DNA of 61,940 bases, filler included, from Sluysia triapertura (Eukaryota), in assembly GCA_046118255.1 (NCBI GenBank). It is 5 parts of 5 records of this genome, joined end to end, with 100 filler letters (N's around TTAATTAATTAA, not from the genome) between each part and the next. Parts side by side here need not be neighbours in the genome. Positions count along the whole stretch, not along the records: positions 26,025 to 37,801 come from JBJNIA010171590.1; positions 37,902 to 49,450 come from JBJNIA010183446.1; 3 more parts are not named here. The stretch is one strand, 5' to 3'. Numbering within the stretch: the first letter of the stretch is position 1; every line of letters starts with the position of its first letter. The position numbers and the translations under genes are program-made. The notes under the pieces are model-generated. The model was not told where the DNA came from and did no database searches. It saw nothing but the letters and a program-made list of their open reading frames with translations. Shown here one piece after another: positions 26,678-39,294 of this stretch.

Positions 26678-27010
26678 ATAAAAATTCAATATTCCATAAT
26701 TAAAAATTAATTAAATTTTACATTGCTCAATATTAAGGCTTTCCTTGCATGAACTCGGTTAAAACATACCTTCATCGAGAGGTCTTTGCGAAACAAATAC
26801 ATACACACTTTCAAATTTAACATAGCGTTCCGCATTCAATAGTTATTCCCAAAAACGTACTTTTTCTTAATTAAGTTAATTAAGATTTTTAATTAATTAA
26901 TCTATTTTCAGACTTAATCTTATTCTATTTTTAAAGATTTTATTGAGAATCTAAAGGCATTCGGGAGGCTCTAGATGTTTTCACCTTCACCTCTCTGATT
27001 CTTTTTTCTA
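26678..27010. repeat. Dispersed repeat, inverted copy at ~41350-41698
   Basis: e.g. attcaatattccataatt..gcatgaactcggt vs accgagttcatgc..aattatggaatattgaat. Confidence 0.8.
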
Positions 27011-27424
27011 TTTCTTCATGCTAATTATTACTATACTAGATTTATTCTTAATACCCATAACAGACATTTTATTTCTCAAATATTTGAAAGATTTTAAACA
27101 CTTTATAAGATTACTAAAGGATCTCAAATGTTCATCGATGTTCCAAGATACTTAAAGGTTACTAAAGTCTTAAATGATCTAAAGGTTCTAAAGTTGAAAG
27201 GTACCTTAATGCTTCTAAAGGTTTTTCAAATCTCAAACCCTTGTATAGGTCTTTGGAACCTTAAGATATTTTTTAGCTGTTAAGATCATTATAAATGTTT
27301 TATTTTTCATGATTCTTATTTCAACAATGTTCAATCCACCACTTTGTATCAGTTCTTCCTTGATTTTGTAGTTCTGTCTCTTACTTATCTCCTAATCCAC
27401 AGTTGGACAATCCCAACATTGACA

Positions 27425-27650
27425 CATTAGAATTTAATCTAGCCAGTTACGGTCTAGGATAATAGTTCAGATTTTAAGTAAGGTTTTATAAACTCTATTT
27501 ATTAAAATTAGAGTGTTTTATGAACCTATAAAAAATTTATCGCTGCATGAAAACGTTTGGATGGCTGCAAAATCCTATATCGACGAATTATTGTGTTAAT
27601 AACTGTGTTAATTCTAAAATTCCGTCATATTGGCATCCATAGTTGAAAGT
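27425..27650. repeat. Structured dispersed repeat, partial copy (hairpin 27438-27458)
   Basis: TCTAG-CC-AGTTAC-GG-T-CTAGG; flanks align with 51360-51480 and 51830-51960. Confidence 0.7.
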
Positions 27651-28329
27651 ACATAAATTGATTTACCTAAACAAATTTGAAATTTTTAATTATTTAATCA
27701 TTTAATTATTTAATTAATTATTTTATTTTAAAATTTTTTTATATTTATTTGTTTAATAAAATTATTTGCTTTAATTATGTTATAATAAAAGTATTATTTA
27801 AATCAAATAATATTTACAAAATTGTTTATTTCAAACTCAAATCATCAAATCATCAATCAAACAATAATAATAATATAAAATGTGCAATAAAATATTTTAA
27901 AATGTTCAAAATTGCCAGATAATCAAATATCGATAATGTCGATCCAAAAGTATTAAGAGTCATTTGTTATTTTAAAATGTTAAAAGGTTTTCAGCATGAA
28001 AGACGATTTACCACTTTAATTCGTCAACATCTTTTAAGAAATATTTGTCTGGATATTTACATTTATGATACACTTAATACTGTCATCCAATACTGTTTTA
28101 ATTAAGAATAATTAACATTCTTAGGACAAACTTGCTAAATTAGTTATACGGTAAAATATAGTTTAATGAAGATAATAGCATTTATATTCATTTATATGGA
28201 ATTTATAGATTAACATTGATTTTTTAAAACTTAAAATATTAAGCATTTGTGATCCACTGTCCGTAGAGCATATTTAATTGACATACATTCATTGCAATTG
28301 TGTTTATTTTCTATTTATTCAAATTGACT

Positions 28330-28740
28330 TACTTCGTTCAAAAATTAACCTGAACCTGGATACCAGCACACCCTAATAAAATCAGTAGATCCCAAAGGGT
28401 TTGATTTTTTTGTAAACACTTGTATTTAGTGAAGGTGAGTTCGCCTGTAATCTAAGATTTGCAAGATTTTTCCATGTTATCAATTAACTTATCCTTGCAA
28501 AATGGCTGGAGTTTGAGTTCACCTAATAAGCGCGTTTTATATTTATCAAGATGACATCCTATTAGGATTTTTTAGTACAGTTACGTAATTAAAAGACCAC
28601 TTAGCCTCGTAGAATTGGTAAAATAAAATTGGTAAAACAAATAAAAATTGTAAAATAAAAGTTGAGTTAGCGTACAGGTTAAGTGATTTTAGTTATTTTA
28701 AAAATTACAAGTTAAGCTACCCTTCTTAAGGTCTGTCAAA
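28330..28740. repeat. Structured dispersed repeat, copy with two GAGTTCR-hairpin modules
   Basis: 28333-28410 matches 30158-30230; gtgagttcg-hairpin-atttt at 28435; gagttca-cctaata..ctattagg-atttt at ~28515. Confidence 0.65.
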
Positions 28741-30479
28741 TGACAATATATGTTGAGAATTAATTTATTAAAAAGACAATAAAAGCTAAAATCCTTATAT
28801 TAATAATACACTCAAAAGTTATTCACAAAAATCAAAATTATAGTAATAGTAATATTTTAAATAATAATATTTAAAACTGAAGTGGACATAAAAGTTATAA
28901 TTTATAGTGTAAGAATAAAGTAAGTATTACTGGAAAATAAGATAAAACATTACGCTTAATTGTGTTAATGGAATACGTGTATCAAAAAAATCAAAAAAAG
29001 AGAAAGAACCATTTATAAGACTTTGCTTGTTAAAATTAAAAGTACATTAATTAATTAATTTAAAATAACATTAGAATTAGTGTGTAATGTTTAATTTTAT
29101 TAGAATTCCTAATGTAACTTAACAATTAGTTATTTTAATTAGTTTTATAATCTAAAATTAAATTTATATATGTTGGAATGCCTAAGTATAATTAAAGTAT
29201 ATATTAAATTGATGCTCACGAAGATACCACTGAGAAATCGACGTGCGACTAGGTTAATGAAAAACTTCCTATAGAAAAGAAAATTGGTATTTGATTGGTT
29301 TTATGTTTATTTTAAGTTGACATATCATGTTAATATCAAAATATTCGTGTAATTTTGATTGAGGTATGTTGAAAAGATAAGGGGATTGTTGATCACAAAT
29401 CCATGTCTTTGGGTAATTGCAAGAGACAATAAAATTGAAATACGAAGGAAATATGATTATTGAAATTGGTCGGTTTACGACTAACTAAAAGAAGTGAATA
29501 ATTATTTCAATTATTTCATTTTTAATCTCCTAAGCAATTACCCAACTACTATACAAACTGTAGCATTTTTGTAATAAAATCAGCTGAATAAGGCAGAAAA
29601 CATAGAGCTTTATTTCCAATAAGATAGCTGTCATAATACATTTGTGATAAACATTGTGCTTGAGGACTTATCGTCAGTAATTGATTAAACTTTATAAACT
29701 TTACGATTTAAGCAATAGTATATAAGTAATTAAATCATAAGTAGAATCAAAAGTTTTGATTCTACAATCATACAATCATAAAAAGAGTTTTTCAACGCTG
29801 TGAGTCCGCCCATGATCCTAGCCTTACTCACTTAAGGGTTAGTCCGGAGGTTAAAAGAATTTATTTTTTACTTTTTATTTTATAAGCCTTATTTTTTATT
29901 GTTAAGGTTAGTGATTACGTTTTATTATTTTATTTTAAAAAATCGACGTCAACATTTATCGCGTCGTGTCATCCCTGGAATCTTTTTATTGAAAAATTCT
30001 ATGCAGACAATGATTTATAATTCTGAATTTTTATGTTGTTTTTAAAGAATAATTGGTAATTTTCACATCTCTGTATTATTAAAATATATCGAGATTACCA
30101 GTTAATTTAATTTAATTATTGAGTTTACGTAGAATGTTCTGAATAAAGACACAACACTTCGTTCTAAAAATTAACCTAGACCTGGCTACCAGCACTTACG
30201 CATTCAACGGCTTATCCAGAGGAATTTGAATAATGTCAAGTCACTAAAAGTATGGATAACTTATATAATCAATAAATTATCATACACTACTTCTGTTCAG
30301 AAATGATTGTCTCATTTGACATGTGTTGCTAACTTAACAATAAAAGATGACAATAAGACATTTGTTCATGAACAATAGAATCACAAAATCATAAAATAAT
30401 TTTGGGGAAGTAATTGTTCAGTTTATAATAATTTTATAAATAACTAGCAATTTCTGAAATTTGTAATTTTTGGCTGTGT

Positions 30480-30715
30480 ACCAAATAATCTTCTGCTATT
30501 TTCTTTTCAGTCCAAATAACTTTAAATTATGGAAATCAAACGTTCTGGAGTAAAGTACAGAAATTTAAATGCCATCCTGCAAACACTTCTGGTGCGTTTT
30601 AACAATAGGAAATTGCTAAAATGATTATAAAAACTGGACATACGAACAGATGGAATATCAACTTAATCTGTCAACCTCCTAACAGTCCAGATTTTAATGT
30701 ACTTACCTGGATAAA
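30480..30715 (+). mobile_element. Tc1/mariner transposase remnant, DD39D (plant-type mariner)-like
   Basis: GHTNRWNINLICQPPNSPDFNVL. Confidence 0.65.
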
Positions 30716-30728
30716 TTATTAAATCATA

Positions 30729-30895
30729 TGTTGGGATAAAAGCGTAAAGTGCCATGTAAAATTATGATAGTAATATCGACTATAATAAAATAAAATTGTT
30801 AGACGGGATTGATAGTTCAGTTGTTAGAACATCGAACTGTGCAGCGAGAAGGTTCGTGTTCGATTCCTGGTCAGTTCATTGTATGAAGTCTGACA
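30729..30895 (+). mobile_element. tRNA(Cys-like)-containing short element, copy 2, with TG..CA ends and a CATA target-site duplication
   Basis: cata|TGTTGGG...TGTTAGAC-tRNA-like-GTCTGACA|cata. Confidence 0.75.
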
Positions 30896-31799
30896 CATAT
30901 TTTGACCAATGAAAGTAGCCATAATTAAATTAATTGTCAAAATTAAATTAAAAAATATTTTTAAAAAATCAATATATAAAATTGCCTCAGTAATATACAG
31001 AAGATGATGTATATTAGATGCTTTTAATTGTTATGATAGTACAGAAAACAATTGCTGTGAAAACATTGTATATTCCATTATAAATTAACGATTGTACAGA
31101 AAATCATTCTAAAGTATTTATTGGTCAATTAATGAAGATAATATTGGTAAAATTTCATTTAAACCCTTGCTTTAGGATTAAATCTCGAGGATTAGTGCGA
31201 TCAGTTCAGACAATTCTGTGTGGAATTATCGCAAAATAAAACTTTAAAAAATTCATATGGTTTTTTAAACATTAAAATATCTTGCGGGCGAGGCCTGTCA
31301 TTTCCACTCAATAGGGTTAATTACAATTTTTCAAATACGCCTCAAAATACAATAAGAATGTGATTCGATTGGTGTTTCAAGATCAGAGGACATGAATGTT
31401 TTATTAAAACCTTTCAAAAATCCAAGACATGTTGATTCTTGAAAAGAAATTATTTCTACACCAAATTACTTATAAAAACAATAATAATTTTAGTATCAAT
31501 CGTTGTAACATAAAACCTACAAAGAAAGTTATCGTTATCGTTATCCGTCGTCATCACCTTATGATTCAGATTGTGCTTATCATAATTGAATTGGAAAAGA
31601 TACAATGAAAATCTTGGTAAAAAGGTGAAGTTAACGTTTTTAAAACTTTCTGTCTTATGTTAATTTCAATTGTTTTTTTATATGGATTAAATTCTATTTT
31701 TATATATTAAGCTGTTTAAAGAAATCATTGTAAGCTTTAAAAATGATTAAAAACGTTTTTTTAAATTAATTTTGTCGAAATACGTACTATTATGAAGTA

Positions 31800-32060
31800 T
31801 GACTTCTTACAAGGATGGCTCGAAACATTAACAGCCTAGATTAGTAAATATATCAACTCCTACCTCATTATATTATAAGGCTAGACTACACAACTACAGA
31901 AATTAGAGTTAGAACTTCATCATCCACCAGACATAGCTGCCACTGACTACCGCTTTCACAATTTTGACAATATTTTAAAGCTGGCCTTACAGAAATTACC
32001 AGGATTTTATACCGGTACATAAACAATATGGGAATACTTTGATAAATAAAACAAACCATT
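31800..32060 (+). mobile_element. Mariner (DD34D-type) transposase C-terminal remnant
   Basis: HPPDIAATDYRF (cf. HPPYSPDLAPxDYHxF) and terminal EYFDK*. Confidence 0.5.
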
Positions 32061-33308
32061 ACATTTGTAAGTTATCAACCAACTTTGCCTTTTTTCTTTA
32101 TATACATTCAATAAAAAAATAAACTTTATTAGATGGAACATAATCAAAATTTAATTAGTTTATAAAAATAGTAATAAATAAATGTGCGTCAGTTCTTAAT
32201 TTTATTAAAAATTCAAATCACAGTACAATCGCAATAAAATCTATATAAATAATATAATATTGCAACAGCTTAAAATGTAAATATAATAAAAACAAAATTC
32301 AATCTTGAAAATAAATTCTTACAGCCAATTAAAACTAGATAACACACAATCACACACAATTTCGCATGAATAATCAATAAATACCAAAAATAATCCTTAT
32401 TATTCACCAGAGAATTACATTCTTGACATAATAATAATTTTTAAAATAATTTTACAAATAAAAATTACGTCCATTATCTAATTAATTACTTTATCAATTA
32501 AATTATTTATGTTATTTACTATTGTAAATAAATAATAAATAAGGATACATATTGTAAAACTATAAATTATTAGAATAGTGATGCCTTAACATAATTAATC
32601 TGAATTAAAACAAATAAATGAAAGAGATACAAACAAACAAAAATGGAAACTTTATTTTGAATTTAGCACAAATAAGAAAATTTTAAAATCACTATTACTA
32701 TTTGAAAAGTATTTTACATAATAAACAGTACAAAGGATTTGTTAATTACTACTTTAAATTGATTATTACAGAAGCACATACTCTACCCAAACCCCACACA
32801 GAAAGAGATAAAATGAGCAATTTGAAAATATTAAATTTTTAATAACCTTGACATTTTATTAAAGCAGCATTTAAAAATGATTATACTAATTAAATCTGAC
32901 ATTTTGCTGTTTTAAAATCAATTCAGTATTCGGTTGTTGAATATAGTTTTCGTAGAAAAATGCTCAAATAAATTGCAGCGAAAGAAAATTGTACTAATAT
33001 AATAAGTAATCAGAATATTTGAAGAAACAAATAAAATAATCAATAAAAAAACAAAATAGATCAAAACAATGCTTATTTTTACAAATGAAAAATTAAAGCG
33101 GTTTCATCAATTTGATAAATGTATCAAGAAATAATTATTGAAAGACTAATGGTAAAATAATAATGTAATGAATCAAATAAAGAAAATAATTGTGAAAATA
33201 TAGCAAACAATCCATACTGTTAAAATTTCAGTCTTAAACGATATTTAATACAAGCCGCAGCAAAACTAAGTAAGTTAAATTGCAATTGTTTCTCTCACTA
33301 TGATTAAA

Positions 33309-33662
33309 TTAAAATAGTTCAATTAACGAAGGATATTGATTATTATCAGAACCAATAGTTGTCGCTAATGCGGTATTAAGAGATACTTTGCTTGAGGAAT
33401 AACCAGGTAACACTTCTATAATTGGTTGAATGTGCAAATCATATCTTTTGGTGTTATGATGACGATGACTGTGTGAGTCAGACAAAGATCCCAGAGAAAC
33501 TATATTGGAATTGGAAGACGTTTTGTAACATACAGAACTTAGCTGTGGTAATCGATCAAGTAATTCTGTCAGGTCATGTTCTCCTCGACAATAAAAACCG
33601 ATTGCACAACTGGGATCTAGTTCCGAAAATGGAACCAAGAACGGTGTAAAACAATGATACGA
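33309..33662 (-). CDS. ATG4: ATG4 cysteine protease, terminal exon
   Basis: Acceptor tttcag at 33663; SYHCFTPFLVPFSELDPSCAIGFYC; phase 0 matches the upstream exon. Confidence 0.9.
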   Translation of the reverse strand, partial: SYHCFTPFLVPFSELDPSCAIGFYCRGEHDLTELLDRLPQLSSVCYKTSSNSNIVSLGSLSDSHSHRHHNTKRYDLHIQPIIEVLPGYSSSKVSLNTALATTIGSDNNQYPSLIELF

Positions 33663-34799
33663 CTGAAATTATACTTAGTTTTAAATTATTTTAAAATACT
33701 GTGTTATTATAAATGAGATTATAAAATTAAATAAACATCGTAAAATGTCCTAAAATCAAAAATAAAAATAGAATGTTCTTACATCTTATTAGCATGTAAA
33801 AGCGGTAGAGTCGGAAAAACAAGAAATATGACCTTGTGAATTATGTACTATCAGAATTATAATATGGTGAAACACATATTATTATAACAGAAAACTAAAT
33901 GTATAGAAAAAATTCGCCATGTAAAAGAATAAAAAATTAAGTGATTGTGATAAATGATAACAGATTCTACTATAAAAAGAAAACACTGCAACAATAATCG
34001 CTCAAAATCAAAAGATATTGTATTATAATAAACATTCGATATTTGCTAGAAATTTTGTAGATTGTGTGGCAATCCAAACTTAAAAAATTAAAGCAAATTT
34101 AACCTTTTTTAAAAATTAAATTGTAATATTAGAATTTTAAAATTTATTATATTTTTAATTTTGTATTTATTCTTTGTATTGTAAAAAGAATCCAAGATTT
34201 CATAGATTCGGTTAGAGTTGAAACAGATAATGTACACAGATTTTCAAGTTTGCACATTAATTAATTATCGACAGTTTCGAAAAATTTGAATTACGATTTC
34301 CAAACATTGTGATACTGATTATGCCGAATAGTTTAGGTATATTTAATCGAGTCGTATTCAGAAACATATTATCGTGTTGCCCCACTAAGACTCGATTTAA
34401 TAGCAATTTGTAAAGTTAGTAATGTTCATGTTCAGTTTCGATTTTCTATTAAAATTAAGACAATTCGTAAAAAAGGAAAGTTTCCAATATTAACACGGAT
34501 CATATTTGAGCCATTAGTTTTTTCTAACAGACCAAGGACTCACATTTGGGACGATGACATAGGCATATTCATTGTATAAAAAGACTCATGTATGAGACAG
34601 TTAGTCTACTCAGTGACCATATATGAGTCATGTCAAAATAAATGTGATGCATATTTTTGAGTTAAATTTATCTAAATTCTCACAATGGTTTTAGGTAATA
34701 CTATTCAAAAATAGATCACTGGTCCGTGGGAGACGGTGAATTTTTTCAAAATACATCGACTGAAAAACCGAGATTTATGACAATAATAATCGACTAATA

Positions 34800-34945
34800 T
34801 AATTTACAATGTATCGAGTAAAGTTAAATATCTGTAATAGAAATAGATATTCAGGACTTCTATAATGTAAGCACTTATAAATTATTGTTACGATTCTGAA
34901 TTCTATCCTTGCTTTTATTGGTAACCAATGCAATAAGTTTATATT
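34800..34945 (-). mobile_element. L2/CR1-clade LINE ORF2 C-terminal fragment (intronic)
   Basis: LHWLPIKARIEFRIVTIIYKCLH..SPEYL. Confidence 0.8.
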
Positions 34946-35007
34946 ACAAAGTTGCATTTATTAAAATAAGGAAAAATTTTGTAGAATAGTTTATATAATG
35001 AGCTAAC

Positions 35008-35252
35008 ATTAGTCTGAAATATACCGAGTGACATTTCAATAGTATTCTGGAGAAAATGTGGATCTAGTACAAGAACATTGTTGTCTTGATAACCTATCAT
35101 ATAGACAGAATGATTAGGTTTTCCGCCAATAATTCCCAAGCAATTCGGATCATGCAACCAACGATGTAAAACTCCATGATATACAGGGTCCAAAAACTTA
35201 TCATGTCCTAATTGAATCGGTACAATAATGATGAGTCCGCGTTGTGATGGGT
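35008..35252 (-). CDS. ATG4: ATG4 cysteine protease, penultimate exon (catalytic Asp/His)
   Basis: tttag acceptor and GTTAGC donor; GLIIIVPIQLG..CLGIIGGKPNHSVYMIGYQ..VLVLDPH. Confidence 0.92.
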
Positions 35253-35339
35253 CTAAAAATAAAGGTTTATGATCATTTAATGAATCAAATAATAATCATT
35301 TTAGAAAAACTATAGTATAATTAGTAATAATGGTGCTCA

Positions 35340-36349
35340 AAACGGACGAAATGACCGAAAACAAAGTGAAACTCTAATTTAATGAGAAGAATCTTCGATT
35401 TATTATTAAATGTCCTAGAATCACAATTAAAATTCATTGTTTGATTAAAATAATGTAAAGTACTCGACAATTCAAAGAATACAAAACAGCAAGAAACCAA
35501 GATGTTTTAAAGGATTTAATGTTTCAAGATACTGTAATTACCACACAAATTCGAAAGCAAATTCGAATGCAGCATCTTGATGATGAACTGAGAAAATACA
35601 AAAAGAAATTTTATCTGTTTCTTGATAACGCTCAAAGTCATAACTTGAAGAAATGTTTCCAGAACATTGAAGTTATAATGCTCATTTTCAATCCATGGAG
35701 GAGGTATAATAAAAAATTTTAAGCATTATTACAGAAAAAAGTTGGCAGTCGCTTGATCAAACAAAATCCTTTGTTGTTAATCTTAAGAAAGCCATATTGA
35801 TACTCCATGAAGCTTGGGAAGATGTGGAATTATTCCAGGTCTTCACGGATCTTATGCTGAGGAAAACTTGTCATCAGATGCCGTTCTTGAGACACACAAG
35901 AATGAGCTTGACCAAATAATATGATTCAAACAGAAGAAGTCATTGATGATAATGAAATCATTGCACTGTGTCAAGAAGAATACAATGTTGAAGATATTGT
36001 ACTTAGTGCTGAAGATGGTCAGGTCGATGACAGTTACAAAATAAGTCCAAGCAATTTATTCCATGCAATTGAAATTGTTATCAAAGCAAGTTCTTCAAAC
36101 AGCTCTATTCAAAAAATAACCAATGATACAGTAAAAAATTTAAAAGAAGTCAAAGATGATTTACAGAAATTCATTCAAAAGAAAACTCTACAAAAAAACT
36201 TTAGATGATTAAAAAATAATTGACTTTTTCTTAATAATTTCATCATTAATCTGGCGATCATATAGATTTTAAATTCCTTCATTATTTGAATTAATTCATA
36301 ATCCGAAAGGAAATCGATTTCTAATTTTTCGGATTAATGAGGTTGACTG
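35340..36349 (+). mobile_element. pogo/Tigger (DDE_1) transposon remnant with 3' TIR
   Basis: KFYLFLDNAQSH, GIIKNF*/HYYRK, acidic C-terminus; ends cggattaatgaggttgactg|TA. Confidence 0.8.
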
Positions 36350-36656
36350 TACTTGAAAATCAATGAAGAAAAGTCAGAATTTATGATCTTCAGTAATAAA
36401 ATAGCTATATACCAAGATAACTGAATCAAAGTTTGGTTTAATACATTTATTTGGATTAAGAATTATCGTTATGTATTATTTAAAAGAATTTTATTTGGAT
36501 TAGTTTCATTGTTATACTTAATATCAATTATAAACTGAAATAATACAATATTTGCTTTAAAAAATACTTTAATACAAAAATAAAACTTCAAAACTACTTT
36601 ATTATATGAATAAGACATTGAGAGGAAACATTTAAAATAATAGATATAAGATAGAT

Positions 36657-36856
36657 CAGGGTTTCTCAACCATTTGGTTGCGTTAAATTTTTATGGGTCG
36701 CAGACTCGCGGCTTAGTATAAATAATATAAATATAAACTACATACAAAAAAATTAATCCAAACGCTAATTAGCGCCTTTATGTAATAAAAAATTGGGTTG
36801 GTGAACAATTGGAAAAATTTCATTGGGTAGCAGGGTAAAAATGTTGAGAAACGCTG
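36657..36856. mobile_element. hAT (Charlie-like) MITE
   Basis: TIRs CAGGGTTTCTCAAC / GTTGAGAAACGCTG; 8-bp flanks agatagat / aaataaat (6 of 8 match). Confidence 0.8.
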
Positions 36857-37689
36857 AAATAAATGATATATGATAATTAGGTAATGTTTTATGAATTGTA
36901 CAACGTACTTTCAGGAACTTGTAGAAGTAGTCATTATCTTCAATAACCTGACGACGTGTTACACCAGTGGAGTATAAATCATTATTTTTCTTTTCGCAAA
37001 TTTTTATGATCATACAAGAAATGTCAGACGTGGAACATTGTAAGAAACGAATACCGCATAATCACGGGAACTAACTTTACCAATAGACCTATTCACAGGC
37101 TTATTGTTCTTTCCATTTTTATTTAAGCAGCATTTATCAATTTTGTAATGTTCGCGCGAATAAGAGATTCGTCTAATATAAAGCTAAACATAAAATTAGA
37201 ACCTGATTTAATATCATAAAATTCGCCGACATAACAGTTAACTAAATATTATAGAAAATACTCACCCAGTTGAGTACTAAAAGTCATGACATGATGATTT
37301 CTGGTAGCATTGGTCCTGAATGTTGGAATAGATTCAAGAATATTCGCGTGTTGTCGACATAATAGTGGTCCATTTGTATCATGATTCGTAGGTCATGGCC
37401 ATCGTGACGAATAATTTGGTGGATTTGTAGGTGGGGTTGTTTTGCGTTAAAGATGATATGGAGTTACGAAGAATAGAAAATGGAGGTGAGAATAAGAGAA
37501 ATTGGAATTGTTTTTATATAGAAATTTCATTTTATAACAAATTTTGAATTTTTTTCAACTGAAAAGATTTTAAGTTATTGATTTTTAATATTGTAAGTTA
37601 TTTATTGTTATGTGGTTGTGAGGTTGTTTATATTTTCTGTAACATGTATAACGAAATTCTGGATGATGAGTTGGATCATGACACAAAGT

Positions 37690-37801
37690 TAAAAGGTTGT
37701 TATACGGATTCAAGAATGAACAAGGAAGAAAATATTAATTGTATTGTTAGAAAGTGTAAATATCAATTAAATAAAATATCACATATTCGAAAATTTATTA
37801 A
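37690..37801 (+). mobile_element. L2-like LINE RT C-terminal fragment
   Basis: ENINCIVRKCKYQLNKISHIRKFI (cf. HIxxVxKxCxxxLRxIxxIRxFL). Confidence 0.5.
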
Positions 37802-37901
37802 NNNNNNNNNNNNNNNNNNNNNNNNNNNNNNNNNNNNNNNNNNNNTTAATTAATTAANNNNNNNNNNNNNNNNNNNNNNNNNNNNNNNNNNNNNNNNNNN
37901 N
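37802..37901. other. Assembly gap/linker
   Basis: N44-TTAATTAATTAA-N44. Confidence 0.97.
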
Positions 37902-37903
37902 CT

Positions 37904-37905
<2 letters not shown>

Positions 37906-37977
<72 letters not shown>
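37906..37977. repeat. (TAA)n/(TTA)n inverted microsatellite
   Basis: Direct. Confidence 0.9.
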
Positions 37978-37979
<2 letters not shown>

Positions 37980-39294
37980 TCATTAAAATTAATTAGGAAA
38001 ATAATAATAAAGGGTGAATTACGTAGAAGAAAACAAATTCAATACAGTAGTGGTGAATTCTTAAAGTTTTTATTAAGTTTTGAAATATAAATATTAATTA
38101 AAATGTTTTGTGTGATTGAAAAGGTATTTAGAGTAGTCATATGTGGTAAGTCTCACATCTTTGTCCTAAATTGTAACTATAAGAATAATATACTAAATTA
38201 CAATGAAAATAAGGTAAAAAATAAAAATCTTAATTGTAAATATAAATGTATCTAAGATTTTAACCCAACGAAATTTATTTTAAAATGTCTTGATGTTGCA
38301 TAATATGGCACCTACTGAAATTTAAGATTATGTATAAAGCTGTGCATAAAATTGTTTCACTTTTTCATTTTTGATTTTTGTTGAGACTGCCCAACTGTGG
38401 AATAAGAAATGAGTAAGGAAAATGTGTAATTGAAGGATGTAGGAAAAAGCATTCTTGAAGTAAGAATGATGAAAATGAAAACAAATACGGTCATTTTGAG
38501 AACGGAAGAATTCCTTAGAGTTTTATTTGTTTAAATTAAAACACAACACAAATAAATAAACAATCAAAACTGAAGGTTCACTAACCACAAATAAGTGGGC
38601 CTAACAATAAAATTCAGTCCGATTTCTAAAGAATTGTAAGATTGAATCAGTGTTTGCCACTACTCTATTGAATCAGCTTTCTTAGAGCAAAAGTATATAA
38701 TTTTCTTTTATTCTGTTTTTGTTAAATGATAGAAAAATGTGATTCTTTATATAGTGTTTGGACAATCACTAGGAAGTCGGGAATTCGACTTAATTATTGT
38801 GCTTGTGGACAAAATATGCTTACTTCTTAGAGTCGGTTTTATGCTGACCAATTTTATTAATCAAATTTGAACATAAATTTCCGTCTTAATATTGTCTAGC
38901 AATTATCCAAAGATAATGAGTTTTGTGGAAAGTAAACTCTTACCTTTAGAACATAAAAAACTAAAATTTAAGATCTTAGTTATAGTAATAATTGTAAATA
39001 CAACAATAGATTAACTTAAATTGAATATAAATCTAATCAAATATAAAACTAGTTTTCAATTATAACTTTTGATATAATACGTTGACGGCAAGTCACATGT
39101 CAATTTCAATAACATATTTAGAATGATCTCTTAATGAGCATTAATTTGATATATACTTTTATTACGCATGCTCATTATAGCACATAGAAATTTAACTTTA
39201 CAGTAAATAAAATTAATTAAAAATAATGATTTTACGTTATCTACGTTGACGTGTTTAGCATTGCCTTGGTGTTCATAACAATGACACTTTTAGA

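Noticed and set aside
36765-37013. ORF as an upstream ATG4 exon
   Set aside because: No ATG4 motifs, and its donor phase (0) does not match the phase-1 acceptor at 35252
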